Shown here: positions 53,118 through 64,000 of the stretch, in pieces
Numbering within the stretch: position 1 is the first letter of the stretch
Layout: each line of letters opens with the position of its first letter
Source of the DNA: the human T2T-CHM13v2.0 reference genome, Homo sapiens
Length of the DNA stretch: 64,000 nucleotides
Strand: one strand, 5' to 3'
Assembly: GCF_009914755.1 (NCBI RefSeq)
Contig: NC_060926.1
Position numbers and translations under genes: made by a program
The notes under the pieces: generated by a model
The model's database searches: none
What the model was told of the DNA's origin: nothing
The model's input: the letters and a program-made list of their open reading frames with translations, nothing else

Positions 53118-53894
53118 TTAAAAAATAAAAAACTAAAAATAAAATAAATAAATAGTTTACCCAGAGTTTTTTTGTTTTGTTTTTTTTGAGACAGGCCTCC
53201 CTCTGTTGCCCAGGCTAGAGCGTAGTGGTGCAATCACAGCTCACTGCAGCCTCAACCTCCCCAGTGGCTCAGGTGATCCTCCCACTTTAGTCTCCCTAGT
53301 AGCTGGGACTATAAGAGCGTGACACCATGCCTGGCTAATTTTTTTTTTTTTTTTTTTTTTTATATATATAAGGTCTTGCTCTGTTGCCCAGGCTGGAGTA
53401 CAGTGGTGCAATCTAGGCTCACTGCAACCTCTGCCTCCCAGGTTCCAGCGATTCTCCTGCCTCGGCTTCCCGAGTAACTGGGCCTACAAGCATACGCCAC
53501 CATGCCCGGTTAATTTTTGTATTTTTAGTAGAGGTGAGGTTTCACCATGTTGACCAGGTTCGTCTTGAACTCCTGACCTCAGGTAATCCGCCCGCCTTGG
53601 CCTCCCAAAGTGCTGGGATTACAGGTGTGAGCCACTGCGCCAGGCCCGCCTGGCTAATTTTTGTATTTTTTGTAGAGACAGAGTTTCACCATGTTACCCA
53701 GGCTGGTATCAAACTCGGGGGCTCAAGCAATCCGCAGATCTTGGCCTCCCAAAGTGCTAGGATTACAGGTATAAGCCACCTGTCTGGCCTAACCAGAGTT
53801 TATAATTGTCATCAACAGAAGGATTACTCTGTTATAAGCCACTTCATCACTACCAGAACCAAACTACCTGTGTTTTCAATGTAAATAAATCTTA

Positions 53895-54090
53895 CCTAAT
53901 CCATTAATGAACATATCTATAATTCTATCACATAAGTTGTGCTCAAATATTTTAATAACTAATTTCAATATAATTGGTCTCCCTTGTATTCCTTTTATAT
54001 TTTAAAGTGATTTAGAAAATATTATTCTGAAAAGGGTTCAAAGGCTTCACCAGACTCCCAAAAGAATCCTTGGTACAAAAACATTAAGAA
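53895..54090 (+). mobile_element. hAT Charlie4-like DNA transposon, 3' terminal piece
   Basis: TTTCAATATAATTGG...ATTATTCTGAAAAGGG...GGCTTCACCAGACT matches the recalled Charlie4a 3' end. Confidence 0.6.
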
Positions 54091-54397
54091 TTTAAACTGG
54101 ATGCAGTGGTATGTGCCTGTAGTCAGCTATTGGGGAGGCTAAAGTGGGATCACTTGAGCCCAGGAGTTCAAGGCCGTACTGTGCTATGATAACATCTTTG
54201 TACTCTAGCCTGGGCAACAAAGTGAGACCTCATCTCATTTTAAAAAATAATAAAGTAAAAATAACTTTAAAAATATGTTGGCCAGGTGCAGTGGCTCACA
54301 CCTGTAATCCTAACACTTGGGGAGGCCAAGACGGGAGGACTGCTTGAGCCCAGAAGTTTGAGACCAGCCTGGGTAATGCAGTGAGACACTGTCTCTA

Positions 54398-54622
<225 letters not shown>

Positions 54623-55481
54623 TTATTTATTTATTTTTGAGACGGAGTCTTGCTCTGTTGCCCAGGCTGGAGTGCAGTGGCGTGATCTCGGCTCACTGCA
54701 ACCTCCGCCTCCTGGGTTCATGCCATTTCTCCTGCCTCAGCCTCCCGAGCAGCTGGGACTACAGGCGCCCGCCACCACGCCCAGCTAATTTTTTGTATTT
54801 TTAGTAGAGACGGGGTTTCACTGTGTTGGCCAGGATGGTCTCGATCTCCTGACCTCGTGATCCACCCGCCTCGGCCTCCCAAAGTCCTGGGATTACAGGT
54901 GTGAGCCACCGCGCCCGGCCTAAAAGTATCTTTAAAAATAAAACTCCTGGCCTAATGATCCCTTCCTGTTGCTACCTGACCTTACAGTAAGTTGGGGGGA
55001 AGGTGTTTCCCCTGGGAAACTTGCTGAGCACCTACTATGTGTTAGCCTCTCTTCTAGGCTCGGAACAGCACAGTGAACAAAACAAAGTCCCCCCTGTCAG
55101 AGGGAGCATGCATTTCTTTTCATGTTTCCATGTACGGGGATCAGAAATAGGGTAACCCTCCTGGCCTCTTACTCCCCCCATTACTGGGTTGGTGACCTGA
55201 TCAGTGGGGACAGCCATTTGTTCCCATCTATGAATTGGATGGAACTGGGCTTTTAAATGGCTGCAATCCTTGAGGATTTGTTCTTTTCCTTCCTCTCCAC
55301 TTCAACCCTTAGTGTGTCTAAGTTCTTTTTTTCTTTTTTTTTTTTTGGTAGAGACACGTGTCCGGCTATGTTGCTCAGACTGGTCTCTAACTCCTGAGCT
55401 CATGCTGTCTTCCCACCTCAGCCTCCCACAGTGCTAGGTCACTGCCTAAATTCCCTTTTTTTTTTTTTTTTTTTTTTTTGA

Positions 55482-55670
<189 letters not shown>

Positions 55671-55704
55671 TAGCCAGGATGGTCTCCATCTCCTGACCTC
55701 GTGA

Positions 55705-56079
<375 letters not shown>

Positions 56080-56779
56080 TAGCGGTGGAGGAGTAGTTTC
56101 GGCAGGAAGGAGGGATAGTCTGTTAGATGCTGCAGGGAAGTAGGTGAACCTAGGGAAGGCTGACTCCTGGCTTTGGCACCTGGGGGAAGGGGGACAGAAG
56201 CCACACTTCGAGAAGGCTAGAGTATGCTCATCCTGAAAGTTTGGCAATGAAGGGAAGAGACAACTGTGTGAGGTGGCAGGTCAGGAGACAGTCTTTTGGG
56301 GTGAGAAAAGCTTTGGTATTTTTTTTAAGCCTGATGAGAGACAGTGAGACACACAAAGATAACGGGGTAACTCTCAGAGAAAGGGCACAGGACATGCTTC
56401 CAAATAATCTTAGCTGTAGGATCCAATTGGAAACCCCTTTTGCAGGGGTTGTGCAGCATCACTCAAGGTGGGAGACTCCCTGGGCCTATCCACTGGTCTG
56501 GAATCTGAGGCTGAGTTTGGAGTTAGAAGGCCTGCCATCAGCTCATCACCAGGCCTCCCTCCGGCAGAGGTTTCCACATCCTTGTGGACTTATGCTGCCA
56601 CCTGCTGGAAACATGACAAATGTGGCGACAACCATTTGCAGAAGAAAACTATCACTTTTCTAAAATGGCTCCAAACACCTCCAAATCAGAAACTAGAGAC
56701 AGGTACTAGGGAAGACTGGGAATTTGACTTCAGTCCCTAATCGCAAGCCTCAATGTCTCTTTCTGGCCCTGCAGGGTAA

Positions 56780-57025
<246 letters not shown>

Positions 57026-59188
57026 TGATCCACCCACCTTGGCCTCCCAAAGTGCTGGGCTTACAGGCCTGAGCCACCGCACCCGGCCTTCATCTTCATT
57101 CAACAGGAAATCAGCACATATGATTAGAACAAGCACTGAGAAATCACAGGACTGGACCGTCTCTGCTTTCCTTCTCTTAAGGAATGGTAAAGAAAAAGAA
57201 TCAGGAGACAGGAACGTTAGTGTCCTGCCCTTGTCTTGCCTCACAGCAGGTTAGTAGAGGGGCTGAGGGAAAAGCCCAGCTGCTGAGCACACAGTTGCCC
57301 AGCAACTGCCCCATTATTAACAGCTACTTGATAGAAATGCAAGCCCCACCTTGGGAGCCATGGGCTCTTCCTGCAATTCAAGCCCTATCAAAATCGCACT
57401 CCCATAGGCTCTCCAAGTATGGAAAAAGCAGTGACTGTGCTGCACCAGAGCCACCAGCAATCCCAGCCCTTATTCGTAGATGGCCACACGGCATATAGAC
57501 TATCGCTTACTTTAACCCACAGGCCTCCCAAAGAAACCAGCTGCAGCACATTCTCACCTGGATGAAGGCTGCAGGGAACCGAGGAGAGCCCTGGAGGCAT
57601 CATTTCATAGATTCCAGAAGACCTAGACACCAAGTCACAAGGTTTTTCAAGCTGTTTGTCACCCAGGCTGGAGTGCAGTGTCGGGCTCAAGCAATCCTCC
57701 CACCTCAGCTTCCTGAGAACTGCAGGCTTATGCCATCACGGCCACCTAATTTTTCTTGTAGAGATGGGAGTCTCACTGTTGTCTAGGCTGGTCTCAAGCC
57801 ATCTCCACACCCAGGCTTCCCAAGGTGTTGGGATTACAGGTATGACCCACGGTGCCCGGCCTCACGGGATCTTTCTTGAAAGCCACTGGAGATAAATTCA
57901 TACTTATGTTCATACTATGTGTTTTGCTGCAATTTAAGAGCTAACAGACCTAATCCACAACACGCCTGATGGGCTTCAATTAACTGAGCTTTTAATTCCT
58001 TATCCAGAATACAGGCTGCAAGGCCTTCCTTTTTGTCCTTAGGCTTGCCTCATAGGAGACCCTCCCACTGCTTTTTCATCGTAGTTACAACCCTGGCTGG
58101 CCACCTTCCTCTCTAGAGCATGAGGGTCTTGGAACTGGATTGTCACCACCCCCATCCCCTGGACATGGAACAGGGCTGACAAGCAGTAGGTGATAAGCCC
58201 AAGGATGTTAAGATTTCAACAGCCCAACTGAACCAGAGTAAACCCAAAGCAGCTACGTATTCTTCACGTTTCCTTCTAAGCTTATCCAAGTATCACAGTT
58301 TGATTTCACTAGTTGGACTAGAACAGGTTTTTGGACTTGGCTACCTACATTGATTTTGGGCACTGGGTTTCAAGTAAATTCATCACAATGTTGATAGTCC
58401 CGCCTCTCACGTGGCCTTGTCTTTTACTAAAAAGGGAGGTTGAGAGGCAAGTACTTAAGACCAGAAAGAATAAGCAATATACGTAGTGCAGAACAAATGG
58501 CTTTTTGGGGGTTTACTGGATGGGCAGTTTCCTCCCCAGCCCCAAGGTTCCAAAGTGTCCACTGGTCTATCCATCTAGCGTGAGTTCTATTCCAGAACTG
58601 CTTTTTGGGAGATGGGAGTCTCGCTTTGTTACCCAGCCTGGAGTATAGTAGTGTGTGCTCAGCTCACTCTGCTTCCCGGGTTCACGTGACTCTCCCGCTT
58701 CAGCCTCCTGAGTAGCTGGGACTACAGGAGTACACCACCATGCCCAGCTAATTTTTGTATTTTTAGTAGAGATGGGCTTTCACCATGTTGGCCAGGCTGG
58801 TCTTCAACTCCTGACCTCAGTTGATCTGCCTGCCTCGGCCTCCCCAAGTGTTGGGATTACAGGAGTTAGCCACTGCTCTTCCCTGAAGCTCTTCCTTGTC
58901 CTAGGAAACCTGACTAATCTGTTCCTGCACCTCTTTCCAGAGTGGTCTTCAGGACATAATCCTCAGACCTGCTAAAAGTAGGAGAAGCTGCAGCAGCCTT
59001 CAAGTCAGCACCAGGGCTGCAGGAGCAGGTCCCCTCACCAGCATTTCAACCAAGTTAGTTAGGGCTGGGATACTGGAAACACGCACTAAGCCATTTCCAT
59101 TGGGATGGGTGAAGCAAGTGGCAGAGCTGGCTTTGCCATGCTCTCCAGTGACATTCCAGGGGAAACACTCTTTAGGAAGTAACACGTC

Positions 59189-59629
59189 TGGCACCAGAGT
59201 TGACTTTTAATTTGTCCTAAAGCCGCTGAAGCAAAAACCATGATAAAACATTCTGCTTTCTTTTCTTTTACAACCCCACGAACGCAAAAAAAAAAAAAAC
59301 AAAAACAAAACAAAAAAAAGAAACAACAACAAAACCCAAACTATTTGTAGGAAAAAATGGTTTTGTACATGGGATGAAACAATATAAATTCAAAACTTAC
59401 AGATAAGGGTTAGCTCTATCACTCAACTCTTTAAAAAGTTTATATGAATATCCAGTCAAAACCAACACGGTATTGCCCTTGAAATGTTAACTAGACGGAT
59501 TTCCAAGGAGACCACAGGACTGTATACTGTCTTGGAATGTCCTCAGAAGGCTCTGTCATTGATCAGGTAACAGTAAAAACCCCAGAGTCCTTTCTTTCAA
59601 ATGGAAAAGGGAAAGCAGAGGGACAGAAG
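59189..59629 (-). other. NCL: NCL 3'UTR with ATTAAA poly(A) signal at 59206-59211
   Basis: Follows the stop codon; U-rich tract; ATTAAA with GU-rich sequence downstream. Cleavage site is approximate. Confidence 0.75.
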
Positions 59630-59706
59630 CTATTCAAACTTCGTCTTCTTTCCTTGTGGCTTGTGGTCACCTCCTCCTCCTCTGCCTCCTCGGAAGCCTC
59701 CTCGCC
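59630..59706 (-). CDS. NCL: Nucleolin last exon (14), coding part
   Basis: tag|GG CGA GGA...; GRGGFRGGRGGGGDHKPQGKKTKFE*. Confidence 0.96.
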
Positions 59707-59839
59707 CTACAGGAGGAAGGCAAGACACTGTTAAAAGAATGGGTACAAAGCTCCTCCTCCCCAGTGATTAGGAACCGTGACAGGGCACAGGGTCTGAAGA
59801 GCACATGCTATGTGGTGTCATTATCTCTGCGTGCCTTAC

Positions 59840-60063
59840 CTCCAAAGCCTCCCCGGCCTCTGCCACCAAATCCTCCTCGGCCTCCTCTACCACCACCTCG
59901 TCCTCCAAAGCCGCCTCTGCCTCCACCACGACCCCCGAAGCCACCTTCACCCTTAGGTTTGGCCCAGTCCAAGGTAACTTTATTTCCATCAATTTCACCG
60001 TCTTCCATGGCCTCCTTGGCAGCTTTGGCATCCTCCTCACTGTTGAAGTCTACAAAACCAAAC
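59840..60063 (-). CDS. NCL: Nucleolin exon 13 (end of RRM4 and RGG/GAR domain)
   Basis: FGFVDFNSEEDAKAAKEAMEDGEIDGNKVTLDWAKPKGEGGFGGRGG...; AG/GT boundaries in phase. Confidence 0.96.
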
Positions 60064-60238
60064 CTAGAACACCAAATGAAATTGCCCATTATAAAAAGCA
60101 CCTACTACACATGTCCCAAGTTAACTGTACATGCTGGGGAGCCATCCCACAGAAAGTAGCCTTGTTTATTTGGGAAAAGATACCAGTGACAGAGTAGCTC
60201 TCTATGGAAAACTAACTGGTGTGACAGCTTGAACCCCA

Positions 60239-60375
60239 GAATGTCTCACAATACAGCTAAATATACCTCTGTAAAGACAGAAGGTAAAATAATGCTAGTT
60301 CTGTGAATTCTCTCTTCTTCTCGTGCGAATCCATAAACTGCCACTGATAGACAGAAAGGAGCTCAATGAGAAGAC
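60239..60375 (-). ncRNA. SNORA75: H/ACA snoRNA SNORA75 (U23), NCL intron 12
   Basis: 137 nt; 5' stem GTCTTCTC/GAGAAGA; H box AGAGAA (60308-60313); ACA 3 nt from the 3' end; known host intron. Confidence 0.9.
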
Positions 60376-60448
60376 ACATTAGACTCAAGGTCTGCACAGA
60401 ACAAAAACCCCTTCAAGTGGAAGCAGCACTCACGCTTCCTTCCCTTAC

Positions 60449-60575
60449 CCTTTGGAGGACCCAGTTTCCCGGTCAGTAACTATCCTTGCCCGAACGGAGC
60501 CGTCAAATGACTCCTTTAATGTCTCTTCAGTGGTATCCTCAGACAGGCCTTTGACAAACAGAGTTTTGGATGGCT
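60449..60575 (-). CDS. NCL: Nucleolin exon 12 (RRM4 N-terminal half)
   Basis: PSKTLFVKGLSEDTTEETLKESFDGSVRARIVTDRETGSSKG; canonical splice sites. Confidence 0.95.
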
Positions 60576-60882
60576 CTGGGAAGGAAAAAAAAATGTGACT
60601 TTATGTGAAGTCACAGTTCGTAACACTGAATTTGCACAATGCCTAGTATGACTACTAGCCAAGAATACTTGTTATAGTGAAAAAGCAGTTAAAAGCAACT
60701 AAGCCAACTAGTCCTTAATTAAAGTAAAGGCTATTCTGGGTTTACATTTTTTAATTGCCATTGCATAGTTGATATCCTGCCCCAGATCTTCTATGGAAAG
60801 TGGGAGAAGCAACCCAAGCAGGTGGGGCCCAGTGGATGGGGCAGGAAATCATGGGCAAACTTGCTACTCTGAGTTGACACAG

Positions 60883-60962
60883 CTGGATCAGAACTTGACT
60901 ATCTAGAGGAATTTTCTTGAGATTTCATCAATTATTTCTCAGGTAATCAGTCATCATATCCA
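60883..60962 (-). ncRNA. SNORD20: C/D snoRNA SNORD20 (U20), NCL intron 11
   Basis: Box C ATGATGA, box D CTGA, terminal stem TGGAT/ATCCA. The 20-nt guide TTCCTCTAGATAGTCAAGTT is complementary to the 18S rRNA 3' region. Confidence 0.95.
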
Positions 60963-61069
60963 GTTATTGTTCACTCAGTAGCAACAGGAAACACAGAATT
61001 TGTGCAAAAAATAAACAAAGCACCGAGAGTGCTACCCCCAACCACAGCACCCTAACCAGGTGAACTTAC

Positions 61070-61203
61070 GGCTTCTGGCATTAGGTGATCCCCTGGGTCC
61101 TTGCAACTCCAGCCTGATTGCTCTGCCCTCAATTTCCCTTTTATTACAGGAATTTAAAGCTTCTTTAGCGTCTTCGAATGAAGCAAACTCTATAAATGCA
61201 TAC
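61070..61203 (-). CDS. NCL: Nucleolin exon 11 (RRM3 C-terminal half)
   Basis: YAFIEFASFEDAKEALNSCNKREIEGRAIRLELQGPRGSPNARS; canonical splice sites. Confidence 0.95.
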
Positions 61204-61439
61204 CTGAGGATGAACAGTTAATGCTTAGAGTAAGTTACCAGGCACATGCTCCTTCACTGTCACATGATGCTGCCAAGCCCCTTCTCTCAAGTTGGTACCT
61301 AAATGATGATCTTTATTTTACACTCATTTACGTAGCTAAAATTATTTGGCTTTTCTGACAGGATCACATGACCTTACGTTCCTTTAGACCTCTAAGACAT
61401 ATATAGCCTATAACTGATGATACAAAGGTATTATCTTAC

Positions 61440-61563
61440 CCTTTAGATTTGCCATTTTGGTTCTGGGGTACTTTGATAAAAGTTGCTTTCTCAAATACTT
61501 CCTGAAGAGTTTCTTCTGTTGCACTGTAGGAGAGGTTGCTTAAAACCAGAGTTTTTGATTCAC
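61440..61563 (-). CDS. NCL: Nucleolin exon 10 (RRM3 N-terminal half)
   Basis: ESKTLVLSNLSYSATEETLQEVFEKATFIKVPQNQNGKSKG. Confidence 0.95.
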
Positions 61564-62081
61564 CTGCAAATAGAGATGCCACATTCCTAAGACTCTGAAA
61601 CAGTGGTTCCCAGCTTCGGTCACAACAGTAATATCTTATTCCTAAGAATTTCAGTGCTTGAGTTAATATACAAATACTCATGACGTAAGCTAAATCCATT
61701 TCTGTTACTCAACATATTAAGTACCTAGTACGTGTTGCAATGTCCTGCTGGTTGTTCTTACATAGGCTGATGACTGGTCTGTTTTCCTAGAATCATCTGA
61801 GTTCAAAACGCACATGGTCAAGTCATTTAAAGTATAAAACATGCCTACAAAGGAAGCTTGATTTGCCTACTGTATTCCAATGCAAAATGATTTTAGAGCT
61901 CTCATTCAAGATTGGAAATTACTATTCCAAATAAGAGTATGACTTGGGGTATCATGTCCTTGATCTTCACCTACATTTGAGTAACTTTGATTAAAAAGTA
62001 TTTATAAACTTATGAAATACAAAGACACAAAGGAGTTCCCTCCACCAATTCTGAAACCTTGTAACAAGCCTAATTTCTTAC

Positions 62082-62239
62082 CACTCCAAGTGCTATTCTT
62101 TCCACCTCTATAGTCTTGATTTTGACCTTTCTCTCCAGTATAGTACAGGGAAATAGATCGCCCATCGATCTCTGTTCCCTGCTTTTCTTCAAAGGTTTTC
62201 TCTGCATCAGCTTCTGTCTTAAATTCAATATAAGCAATC
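62082..62239 (-). CDS. NCL: Nucleolin exon 9 (RRM2 C-terminal half)
   Basis: IAYIEFKTEADAEKTFEEKQGTEIDGRSISLYYTGEKGQNQDYRGGKNSTWS. Confidence 0.95.
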
Positions 62240-62704
62240 CTGCAATGGAGGGAGAAGAACTCATGGTTTTTAAAACCATATTAACACAAATGCTTTTACC
62301 TCAGCAACACAGAACTTGCTTCAGATCTGAGTACAATAAATGCCCTTAGTTTTATGCCACTTTTCAATCAAAACTCGAGCTTCCCTCTTACTTCCCACTA
62401 GTTTTACAAATACTTGGAATTTTTTCATAGTAACCTCACCTCACTGAAAGAACTGCTACTACTTACAAAGTATTTATTGTAAGATAGGCACATTTCTTGC
62501 TTCTTTGTAAGTATTAGCTTGTCTTTTAAAATCACCCTATGAGTACATTATCCCCATGGTACAGATGGGTTACTGAGGCACAAACTTACAGGTTAAACTG
62601 TCCAAGATTACACGCCTAAGGAAATCAAACCAATATTTCTTTTATAAAGCAGGAAAGTGCATTAATGTTAATAAAACCCTTACATTTCAATAGACAGAAC
62701 ATAC

Positions 62705-62828
62705 CCTTTACTTTTCCCATCCTTGCTGACTAATCTGATCTCCGCAGCATCTTCAAACACTTCTTTCAATTCATCCTGAGTGACTTTGTAAGGGAGATTT
62801 TTAGCCAAAAGTGTTCTCGCATCTCGCT
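62705..62828 (-). CDS. NCL: Nucleolin exon 8 (RRM2 N-terminal half)
   Basis: RDARTLLAKNLPYKVTQDELKEVFEDAAEIRLVSKDGKSKG. Confidence 0.95.
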
Positions 62829-63439
62829 CTAGATTAAAAAAACAAAAATGAGCTCTGTGGCCTGAAAAACCAAAGGTGGGGGGCAACAACAAAAAGAGGG
62901 GAAAAACACACATAGCTCTATTCAACAAATAATTTGAGATCCTATAATGTACAAGGCTCGGTGCTAAATATGGAGATATAGCAGTGTCAACACACAAGTG
63001 GTCCCTCCATGTTGTCACAGCTGATGTCAAACTCTCTGTTAGGTACACTGGAGTTCAACCTAGAGTAGACGCGCATAACAAAAAAAGTGAATGTACCAAT
63101 TCAAAACATTACAACTGTATATAGGGAGTAATTAGGGACCTAATCTAGTTTCAGTGAAGAAAGATCCCTTTACGTTAATTTAGGTGCATCTAATAATTCT
63201 TGTTCTGTATAAAAGTGCTCTTGCTTGCCTAACTCAGGAATTTACACTATAACACTGACAAGCAGTGCCAAGTACTCTTGTAAACACTGTAGCTCATTTA
63301 ATTCCCACATTAAGAGGAAACCAAAGGAAAAAAATGATTTAAAAAAATAAGAGGAAACCAAGGGAAATGGGTTACAAAGCATTTTCCCTAGCAGTCTAGC
63401 TCCTGAGTTCATTGCATAATCTCATAAAGCCTTACATAC

Positions 63440-63564
63440 CTTTCTTACTGTCTTTTCCTTTTGGTTTCTCTAGTTTAATTTCATTGCCAAAGACTTTCAA
63501 ACCAGTGAGTTCCAACGCTTTCTCCAGGTCTTCAGCAGATTCAAAATCCACATAACCAAATTTC
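63440..63564 (-). CDS. NCL: Nucleolin exon 7 (RRM1 C-terminal half); gene continues beyond the window
   Basis: KFGYVDFESAEDLEKALELTGLKVFGNEIKLEKPKGKDSKK. Exon numbers assume the known 14-exon structure. Confidence 0.94.
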
Positions 63565-63937
63565 CTTCAAGGTGGAGAGGAGGGCAAAATTACAACAGGT
63601 GAAAACACAAATCAAAATCCACAATATGTATTCTAGACAAATGTGATGGTGCAAACAAAGATCACATTTTAAAAAGCACCCCTAGTATTAGCAAAACAAA
63701 GTCAAGGCTCTGCAAACTGCAGCTACAGAACAAGGTCTCAGCATGAAGATATGACATGCACATTCACGTTTGAGGTCTTCATCATGGAGCTAAATTGCTT
63801 ATAAGAATTCACAGTAGCAGCTGACAAAAGAACACCTATAAGCACTAATACAGGAGAATCCTGTCTGGATAAAAGTATTCACTATGATGACTAGACAGGT
63901 CTAATAGTTTCAGGTACTTCCAAGAAAATAAACATTA

Positions 63938-64000
63938 TTTTAAATTGAGACGGTGTCTCAATCTGTTGCCCAGGCTGGAGTACAGTGGCGCGAACTTGGC
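63938..64000 (-). repeat. Alu 3' end in NCL intron 6 (runs off the window)
   Basis: TTGAGACGG..TCTGTTGCCCAGGCTGGAGTACAGTGG. Confidence 0.85.

Noticed and set aside
59656-60197. Plus-strand Pro-rich and Ser-rich ORFs
   Set aside because: Antisense shadows of the NCL RGG exon.
61303-61358. ATGATGA...CTGA with a short CCT/AGG stem (and a similar pair at 61768-61800)
   Set aside because: Antisense to NCL, short, and no recognisable guide; consistent with chance.
63738-63785. Sense-strand C box/D box pair in NCL intron 6
   Set aside because: Only 48 nt, no terminal stem, no C'/D' boxes or rRNA guide recognised. Similar antisense hits show this is background. It does not match SNORD82, which should lie upstream of the window.

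Overview
Human-like (primate) genomic DNA whose gene content matches the B3GNT7-NCL interval; the 2q37.1 location is recalled, not searched. From left to right: (1) A CpG-island promoter and the two-exon B3GNT7 gene (+, 401 aa). (2) Directly downstream and in the same orientation, an 8.1-kb HERV-E provirus with LTR2B-type LTRs about 2% diverged, a tRNA-Glu PBS, a 4-bp TSD, decayed gag/pol, an integrase deletion and an env with only two lesions. (3) An orphan CpG island at about 16.4-17.0 kb. (4) About 42 kb of nested repeats: roughly 65 Alus counted by eye, old L1, solo LTRs, a truncated HERV-H with an inverted LTR7 inside its LTR, and retrocopies of ZBTB8OS/archease and HIGD2A. (5) The last eight exons of nucleolin (NCL, -) with the intronic snoRNAs SNORA75 and SNORD20. 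I found no clearly new gene system. The most interesting candidate is the B3GNT7/HERV-E arrangement, in which viral poly(A) signals and splice sites may define the host 3'UTR. Repeat family names come from recalled consensus sequences and should be confirmed with RepeatMasker/Dfam.
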